Part shown: piece after piece, positions 40,761 through 64,000 of the stretch
How positions within the stretch are numbered: position 1 is the stretch's first letter
How the letters are laid out: every line of letters starts with the position of its first letter
DNA from: the human T2T-CHM13v2.0 reference genome, Homo sapiens
NCBI RefSeq assembly: GCF_009914755.1
Contig: NC_060946.1
Direction: 5' to 3' (one strand)
Length of the DNA: 64,000 bases
The notes under the pieces: generated by a model
Databases searched by the model: none
What the model saw: the letters and a program-made list of their open reading frames with translations, nothing else
What the model was told of the DNA's origin: nothing
Made by a program: the position numbers and the translations under genes

Positions 40761-42478
40761 TCGGAAGGGGAAGGGGAAGGGGACAACCTTTGAACTGCAA
40801 CCCTGAGGTTGGACCTGGGGAGAACTGGCCTCACAGGAAAGAGAAGAGGTGCTAGATGGAATCAGACTCTCAGAAGAGACAGAAAGGAGATGAAGGTAAA
40901 CAGGGAAAATGACTAGGACCCACTGTGCAAGACTCTGTGCAGCAAAAATGACGTAATGGGATAATGAAGGGACAGTTTCTATTTCCTACAGAGCAGGAGT
41001 GCCCCTGAGAGCTCGAGTGAGAGGACAGGCTGTGGGTTCCTGGGATTTCAAACATTTGGAGCGGGAATGCAGGGATGTAAGATGATGTGTTTTCCAGTCC
41101 CCTGGCCAGCAATGATGCTTCTCAGTTATGAACATCCCCCATGGACACTCCTAGGGTCTTCCTGTCTGAGGCAACTTGTCCTCTCAGTTCCTCCTCCCTA
41201 GATCTCTTTAGAATTATTTCCTGGGTTAGGGTTTCCTGAGAGTGGAGGAGAAGGAGCTATGGATGTCCCCCTTCCTCCCTCACCATGGTTGGAAGTCTGG
41301 CCAAGGCCACTTCATTAAGGGACAGGGGACCTTTCCTATCTCCTCAGGGGCAGCCTCCTGAGTTGGTCTGACCCCCAGATTTAACCGGAACACACTAGAA
41401 CTTTCCACACCAGAACTTTCCACACCATCTGCACATGGAAAATGTGTGTCTGTTCATTGATTTATGAAGACACCTAGAAAGATTAGCTATAAACAACGTG
41501 TTTATTTCATTTTAGGATACATTTTCAGAGGCAACTAGGTAGAAAGGTGAACTTTCCCATCACTTAGACCTCAAGTCAGCAGCTCATGCAGCAGTGATTG
41601 CTCGGGTGACTCTGAGTGACCTGTTCTACCTCTAGAGCTGACGTTTCTGTTCTGGTTAGGCTAAATGGAGGAAATAAAAATTCTCCAAACATTTCATTAA
41701 GATTCACTGGGAAACAGTACCCTGAGTGCTTAGAGCTGCACTCCTCACACAGAAGACACAGTAAGGGTTAGGGAACCTTCTCAGGGGATGAATACACACG
41801 AACTTTCACCACAGCGACCAAGAGCTTATATTGGGAGTCTGATTCCGGCCTCTAGGGAAGCTGGAAAATCCAAAACCAATCTCATTAAACTATTTCATCT
41901 ACTCATAGGAGGAGGTCCAGCTCTTATAAAACTGCCAACCCTTCCTTCTCTCCCTCTCCTCACCCTCCACCCACAGGACAGGGCCGGGCACACGGAGGAG
42001 GGACACTGAGGACCTGGGTGGTGGAGACCCTGGCTTTCCTCTCTTCTCACCCATGGTGGGCTCTGCTTATCCTCATCTTTTCTTCCCCAGTTAGGGTTTC
42101 CTGGGAGGCTGTGAGTTGTCTGGGGACCTCATCAACATTTGCACAAATGCCCCAGACTCTGCTCACCTCTTTCAAAGGGGCTCCTCCCTCTGAGCCTGCA
42201 ATGTCTGTGTGATTGGGAGGTGTCACCTCCAGGCCCTGAAACCACAGCACCCGCAGGGTCTCTGGCCCCAGTCTGAGGTTTCTCTACAAGCTTTGGAGAT
42301 GAATGAAGCCTCTGTTTTAACAGGAATAGATCGGTTTATCAAAGCATGTAAAGGCCAGATGTTCGTTTCTATGTTAGGGATCCTGAAGAGTTGTTTCAGA
42401 GTGGATGAATGACTGTCACATCCTCAGTGGCCCTGCCACTCTGACAGATGAGTAGTCACTTGTCATACATCTTGTTCA

Positions 42479-43340
<862 letters not shown>

Positions 43341-43680
43341 GCATCATCCTGCTTTGACAAGAGATGGAAGTCTGTTCTTCAGGATTTCTGGGAGTGGGAA
43401 TCTTATTGTCTTGTGTAAAACTCCACTGGGGCAAGCGTCAGAATCGAGGAGTGACCTTCTCGCACCCCTGGACTCTTTTTGACTATGTGAACTAAAACAT
43501 GATAAGAAGCTGTCATTTTAACCCCCACAGTGACAGTTTCCCCACAACTGAATTCTAATCTTAAGTGATGCACTCCCCAGAATGTTCTGGACAAGGCCTG
43601 GTGCCATCCCTGCTGCAGTCCCTGGAGGGAGAGCAGGGGGTCTCCTCGGGGCCACCGTGGAGTCTCTGGGGCAAGAGGGA

Positions 43681-43922
43681 GGCTGCCGGGGGGAGGATGA
43701 CAGGTCTGCTCACTTGTGGACTGGACACAATTCCTTCTAGGCTGCCGGGGGAGGATGACAGGTCTGCTCACTTGTGGACTGGACACAATTCCTTCTAGGC
43801 TGCCGGGGGGAGGATGACAGGTCTGCTCACTTGTGGACTGGACACAATTCCTTCTAGGCTGCCGGGGGGAGGATGACAGGTCTGCTCACTTGTGGACTGG
43901 ACACAATTCCTTCTAGGCTGCC
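43681..43922. repeat. Minisatellite/VNTR: 4 copies of a 58-59-bp unit plus a 7-nt partial
   Basis: Unit GGCTGCC(G5-6)AGGATGACAGGTCTGCTCACTTGTGGACTGGACACAATTCCTTCTA starts at 43681, 43740, 43798 and 43857. Confidence 0.97.
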
Positions 43923-44104
43923 CTCTGGATGTGAATTCCAGATGCACAGGTAATGTAGCAGCAGAAATTCCTCTGAGATTATGTCTGTGTATAGTTGTGT
44001 TGGTTTGAAAAGTGTTTTGGTCATTTGAGTCTTCATACTTAGTAAACAAACAAAAATAAACTGGAAAAAAATTCTGAATTTGTAAAGTGGTATCAATAGT
44101 GTAG

Positions 44105-44403
<299 letters not shown>

Positions 44404-44460
44404 CTAGTGTAGATACATTTTAACATCAACAAAGAGACGGGCCAGCATCTGGGGGCCAGC

Positions 44461-44499
44461 AGGTTTTGTCCCACTTCCCCGCCTGCCTGTGTCGCTGTG
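44461..44499 (-). promoter_or_regulatory. 23-spacer recombination signal sequence
   Basis: Heptamer CACAGCG (44499-44493), exactly 23-nt spacer (44492-44470), nonamer ACAAAACCT (44469-44461). Confidence 0.9.
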
Positions 44500-44982
44500 A
44501 GAAGCATCACTGGTCCAGGCATACAGTAATAGCCTTGTTCTCTAGCTGGGCCCAGAGATGTAAAGAATCCCTGCATTTTCAGGGGCATCTTTGGTTCCAA
44601 AGAAGCGGCTGGGGACGCTGGAGCCCTGGTGCTTATTTGAATGCCAGTGGTAGCTCAGGAGATGCTGGAGAGGGCTCCCTGGCTTCTGCCATCTCCAGTG
44701 TATCCCATAGTCACCAACATTGAAGCCACTGCTCAGGGTGCAGGGGAGTCTGGCAGATGCTACCGGGGTTGCAGAGAGGGAGGGCAGCTGAGTCAGCACA
44801 GGCTGGAGAGGGAAACTGCAGACACAGACAGTCACTGGTGCTGCGTCAAGGACCAGGGTAAAGATTTTCAGGGCCAGACCCAGAAGAGATGAAAACAGAC
44901 TGGGGGCTGCCCTGGGTCTCTGAGGCCTGTCCCTACCTGTGCAGTGAGAGAGGGACATGAGGAGGAGAGGAATCCAGGCCGT
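44461..44982 (-). pseudogene. IGLVIVOR22-1: Immunoglobulin lambda variable orphon pseudogene (clan IV): leader exon 44982-44937, intron 44936-44816, V exon 44815-44500, RSS 44499-44461
   Basis: Leader (T)AWIPLLLMSLSHCT with start codon ACG instead of ATG and a GT..AG intron. V region QPVLTQLPSLSATPVASARLPCTLSSGFNVGDYGIHWRWQKPGSP...VPSRFFGTKDAPENAGILYISG. There is a 1-nt deletion in leader part 2, and FR3 indels give TAG before the second Cys. Confidence 0.9.
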
Positions 44983-45072
44983 GGTGGAGACAGCCCTTAA
45001 CCCTCACAATGGGGCTGGGCTGTCCCAGGCTTGTGTAATTTCCCTCCTGCTCCCAGGGAAAAGGGGCTGTTC

Positions 45073-45080
45073 ATGCAAAT
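45073..45080 (-). promoter_or_regulatory. Ig light-chain promoter octamer ATTTGCAT
   Basis: Perfect octamer ~90 nt upstream of the leader start, in light-chain orientation. Confidence 0.9.
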
Positions 45081-45600
45081 TCACTCCCTCCCCTCCCGGA
45101 TCCCTCAGACCCTGCCTGATCACGGATTCAGGAGCCTGAGAGGGGACTTGAGGACAGAGGAGGCTGAGGGAGGGGCTGCTCTGAGTGCAGGCCCAGCAGC
45201 GTTGTGCAGGGGGACACACAGCTGTTAGAAACACACACAGGACCCTGCCAGGCCTTGAGAGCACCAGGCCATTGGGTCACATTCTGAGCACAGGGGACAG
45301 CTCTGACTCTGCCAGCTGGAGGCCAGTGGAGCTCACCCAGTTGTGAGCAATCCCCAGACAGGGCCTGGGACAGGGCACAGCACTCCTTACTGGTCACAGG
45401 CCCATCTTCAGTGTCCTCAGGGTCCAGGTACTTAATGCCCCAGGACGTCCCACCATCATTCAACACACAGTCCCCCAGGCCTCTGTGTAAGCAGTATGCT
45501 TAGGTCTCATTTCACAAATATTGATGAGCTCTCCGTGATTTCAGAGGCTTGCAATACAGAGAGAGAACTTTTCAATCCACAGACAATCCTATGAATATTA

Positions 45601-51525
<5,925 letters not shown>

Positions 51526-51699
51526 AAAACTCTGGCAACACTGTTTCAGGAAGAGATCCATCTCAGCTAATGTTTAATGATCAGCTAAATGTTAAAAGTT
51601 TCAGTTGAGATGTTTTCTATTTAAAGTGAATGAAACTTTTAGTTGTAAATACGCCATTACTTCTGTAGTTGTAGTAGTGGCAACTGACTAAATAATTTA

Positions 51700-55010
<3,311 letters not shown>

Positions 55011-55129
55011 AGGGAGCTTCACAGGGGGAGGTCCACATGCATAGGTTGGGGAGTTCCTGCTCCCTGGTGTCCCACAAGGCACCCTTCTACCCTACCTGAC
55101 CTGGGCTTATGCTGACCATGAGGTGAATC

Positions 55130-55260
55130 ATCCTGCACTGTGCACTGTGACTGGCAGGGGGCGCTGAAACCGCCTTTTCTGCCCCACATGGTGCGCATGC
55201 GTGTTCTCACCGTAGACGCTGCGTGGCGTGCGTGGCGTGCGTGGCGTGCGTGGCGTGGAG
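55130..55260 (+). promoter_or_regulatory. TATA-less CpG promoter of CRYBB2P1: CTCF-like site (~55150-55166), NRF1-like site (55192-55203), (GCGTGGCGT)x4 at 55221-55256
   Basis: CTGGCAGGGGGCGCT resembles the CTCF core and TGCGCATGCGTG resembles the NRF1 palindrome. Local CpG enrichment precedes a consensus donor. Confidence 0.75.
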
Positions 55261-55984
55261 TCCAGAATGAGAAGAAGGAAAGCGGGGCCGGTTCCTTCAG
55301 GACCCGCCTCAGGGGGCACCGCGGCGGCTTGGGGACCACTTGGAGCCCCGTCCTGGGGAGAAAACAGCTCACGTCTATGGCCCTGACTGCTTAGGCGGGA
55401 GCTGCGTGCAGCTCAGCTTCTCCGGGGCATTTTTTTCTACACGGTGAGTACAGAAGTTTGTTTCCTCGAACGTTCCCTTTATTCTCATCTTCTCACTAGT
55501 TTTCCTCTTTCTCTTATAGTATTTTAATATTTGTTTTACCATTAGTTTTGTTCCCTGAGGGCTTTTGAGGGTGGGAAGTGTAGCAGACTGTGGTATTTTT
55601 AGGGTTTGAGGAGTTCTTCTGAGGGAACCTGTCCCATATAGATGGGGAGAGAGGAAGGGGAAGCCCGGCCCAGGTGGGAGTGGGGGCCAGGTCTGGGTTT
55701 TTGGCCGCCTCCTGTCCAGGCCTCAGACGGAGGAAAAAAGATGCCAGCTGCCTCCAGGATTTGATGAATTTTTAAATTTGCCTTCCCGCCATCGGGACAA
55801 ATCGGGACTCTTTCACCCCCCTCCAACCCCCGCCCCCAGGGAAGCCTATGTCCCCTTCTGTCCCTCTGGTCACGACCACCTGACCAGGGGGGAGGGACAC
55901 CCTAGTGCGAGCCTGACGGGGACTTACCCCTGATGACGGCGATGCTGAGGACCTGGTTCTCTCCATTCTGCTCAGTGTTACGTC

Positions 55985-61985
<6,001 letters not shown>

Positions 61986-62359
61986 TGACAACTGTTTTGT
62001 AAGGAACCATTGCCTGAAGTAGAATTGCTGGATCAAGACTACTTTTCCAAAAGAGGATAATAAACATGATCTCCTCTTTTGTTAATGACTTAGATCATTC
62101 CTCTGAAAAGCCATTATTGCACATTGCTGAAATGTTCGCCTCTGCACTGGTTGGTCCCAGAATGCTAATCATTTTGAGATTTGTGCCTTCTTTCTTCTAT
62201 TTTCTGCTTTCTTCTATTAGCCATGCCCGACCTGAAAGCCATCCCTTCCTCTTTAATGTACTATTTTTCTTCTAATGTGGATCTACAAAAACAGAGTTTG
62301 GGCAGAGTCTAACAACAGGAACAAGAGAAGAAACAGATCCAAAGAGAGGGGCTTTGGGC

Positions 62360-62569
62360 CCAGAGATGTTCTAGAGTCAGTTCTCAGTGGTGAAGGCTGA
62401 CTGTGCATCTCTCTTCCTAACTTCACTTGCAGCCGTGTCGTATTGATAGCTTGAAATCTGCCACAGTGGGAGCATTTACACCATGGAAATTGGCAAACGC
62501 TGCAAATCAAGAGTGTTAATTTTCGTTTTGTTTTTTGAGAGTTGGCTATTAACTTACCAGCATACTATT
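62360..62569 (+). mobile_element. MER63A-like hAT DNA transposon remnant
   Basis: GATAGCTTGAAATCTGCCACAGTGGGAGCATTTACACCATGGAAATTGGCAAACGCTGCAAATCA...TTACCAGCATACTATTG matches recalled MER63 consensus. Confidence 0.7.
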
Positions 62570-62795
62570 GGCTTTAGTGCATGGCGTCTATATATTGGTA
62601 TTTGTTGCTGGGCCGTTATTTAGACTGCCTTCTTATTTCTTAACTGTGTTCCAGGTGGGTAAAGGCAGCATAGCACTGAGTTCTAGATAACTGAGGGGAT
62701 TTTGCACTTGGATTTGCTGTGCTAAGGTTTGGGTGGGGCTATTACATCTTGCCGGGCTGGGCAAGAGTGAACCCTAGGGGTCAACATCAGTAGCC

Positions 62796-62861
62796 AGGAT
62801 TCTGCCATAGGAAGCTTGGAGTGGAACTGACCTGCCCCCTTTCTCTCTGACTCCATGGCAG
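62796..62861 (+). ncRNA. MIR6817: pre-miR-6817 hairpin (5'-tailed mirtron ending at the 3' splice site)
   Basis: 5p arm TCTGCCATAGGAAGCTTGGAGTGG (62801-62824) and 3p arm TCTCTCTGACTCCATGGCA match recalled miR-6817 arms. CTGCCAT pairs with ATGGCAG, and the hairpin ends at the acceptor AG (62860-62861). Confidence 0.88.
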
Positions 62862-62990
62862 CTGGGTGAGCTATGAACAGGCCAACTGCAAGGGCGAGCA
62901 GTTTGTGTTTGAGAAGGGCGAGTACGCCCACTGGGACTGGTGGACCAGCAGCCAGAGGACAGACTCAGCAGCCTGAGGCCCATCAAAGTG
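62862..62990 (+). pseudogene. CRYBB2P1: CRYBB2 exon-4 paralog with a 4-nt deletion/frameshift
   Basis: AG|C TGG GTG... translates [37 protein letters not shown] (TGA 62974-62976) vs CRYBB2 [44 protein letters not shown]. It is 129 nt with donor AAAGTG|GTGAGC. Confidence 0.93.
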
Positions 62991-63884
62991 GTGAGCCCCC
63001 TGCCATCATCCTACTTTCTCTCTCTGCCACCTTGGAGCAGGAGGTCCTGGGACCAGGAAGGAGCCCGCCCCTCTAGCATTGTGCCCCTTCTGATTGGTGA
63101 GGAACCTCCTCACTGGGTGACCTTGCAAAAGTCATTTTACTTCCCTGAGCCTCAGTTTCTTCATCTGTAAAATGGGCATATTGGTATCTACTGTCCTGAG
63201 GTTCCAATGTGCTTATTAGCTTGAGGGTTGTCACACTGCAACTCCAGAAGGCTCCAATCACAAGACTATGAAATGCTCCAGAGGGCACTATTCACATTCT
63301 ATTTTAGGTGGTTGGTGCCCGCCCCCCGCGCCCAAGGGTTGGGCAACTCCCGTCATTGCTCAATAACCAATAGCCATCAGAAATACTACAAGAAATTATG
63401 AGTTTGGGGCTGGAGGAGAAGGTGGTTTAGCTCTTCTTCAAGACTCGTGCCAGTGTGAGTTTTCAGTGCTTCTGAGATCCTGATTCTTACTAGTGTGTGA
63501 GAGTGTCAACTCTCAGGAAGGGGACAGGGCCCATCACTGCTCAGTTACACTCTCAAACCCTCCAAGCCCAGTCTAGCTCCTCCCAGGACCTACTGGAAGG
63601 TTGGAGAACACTGGACTTTGCACCCCACAGACCTGGGTTCCCAAGTTGGCTGTGCTGCTCCCAGCTGTGTGGCCTTGAGCACGTCATTTGACCTCTCTGT
63701 GCCGCACTTTCCTCATCTGCTAAATGGCATAAGAGGATTTTATGTCTGAGGGATAAGGGTTTTATGTGTAAAGGATGAGATGAGATAACTAAGGAAAATG
63801 TCATAGGGACAGGAGGATGGGAAGAGATGTAGAAATGAAGAAAAATCAAAGTATCTCAGGTGCCTATTAGAGGCACAGTTAGCC

Positions 63885-64000
63885 TGTGCATGTGTGTGTG
63901 TACATGTGTGGGTGTGCATGTGTGTGCACGTGTGTGTGTGCAAGTGTGCACGTGTGTGCACACATGTGTGGGTGTGCATGTGTGTGTACATGTGTGGGTG
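63885..64000. repeat. Degenerate TG-rich simple repeat
   Basis: TGTGTG/TGCATG/TGCACG/TACATG units run to the window end. Confidence 0.9.

Noticed and set aside
42050-42090. CCATGGTGGGCTCTGCTTATCCTCATC resembling an IGLV leader start
   Set aside because: No octamer at the expected distance, no matching leader donor, and no V exon or RSS downstream on that strand.
43681-43922. Direct-repeat array as a possible CRISPR-like locus
   Set aside because: Contiguous units with no unique spacers, in a primate genome; it is a minisatellite.
44542-44958. 138-aa ORF reading from an internal leader ATG through the 121-nt intron into the V region
   Set aside because: Intron retention happens to offset the 1-nt deletion, but the product lacks a proper signal peptide and stops before the second Cys, so it cannot form an Ig fold.

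Overview
Primate (almost certainly human) euchromatic DNA that I recognise as the chr22q11.23 segmental-duplication mosaic LRP5L - IGLV(IV)/OR22-1 - CRYBB2P1, which lies between CRYBB2 and GRK3. No intact protein-coding gene is present. From left to right: (1) 1-~21.9 kb, a copy of the LRP5 5' end on the minus strand (intron 1, exon 1 with a contracted poly-Leu signal peptide, CpG island, upstream repeats) = LRP5L; (2) ~21.9-36.4 kb, a copy of the GRK3/ADRBK2 5' region (CpG promoter, coding exon 1 with a weakened donor, start of intron 1); (3) ~36.4-39.5 kb, an unidentified GC-rich block; (4) ~44.5-45.1 kb, an orphon Ig-lambda V pseudogene that keeps its octamer, splice sites and 23-RSS, with a 59-bp VNTR beside it; (5) ~55.1-55.4 kb, a CTCF/NRF1 CpG promoter and non-crystallin first exon that drive CRYBB2P1; (6) 62.8-63.0 kb, the MIR6817 tailed-mirtron hairpin abutting a frameshifted copy of CRYBB2 exon 4. 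The rest is Alu, L1, L2, MIR, MLT/MST, LTR2, LTR14A and MER63 repeats, plus a TSD-flanked 3'UTR retrocopy. The strongest leads are a phase-compatible GRK3-exon-1/CRYBB2-exon-4 chimeric 75-aa ORF, the 3-Leu LRP5 signal-peptide paralog, the intact orphan RSS, and an XRE-core tandem repeat in the CRYBB2P1 promoter. Gene and repeat identities come from recalled sequences, not from a search. Repeat boundaries are approximate.
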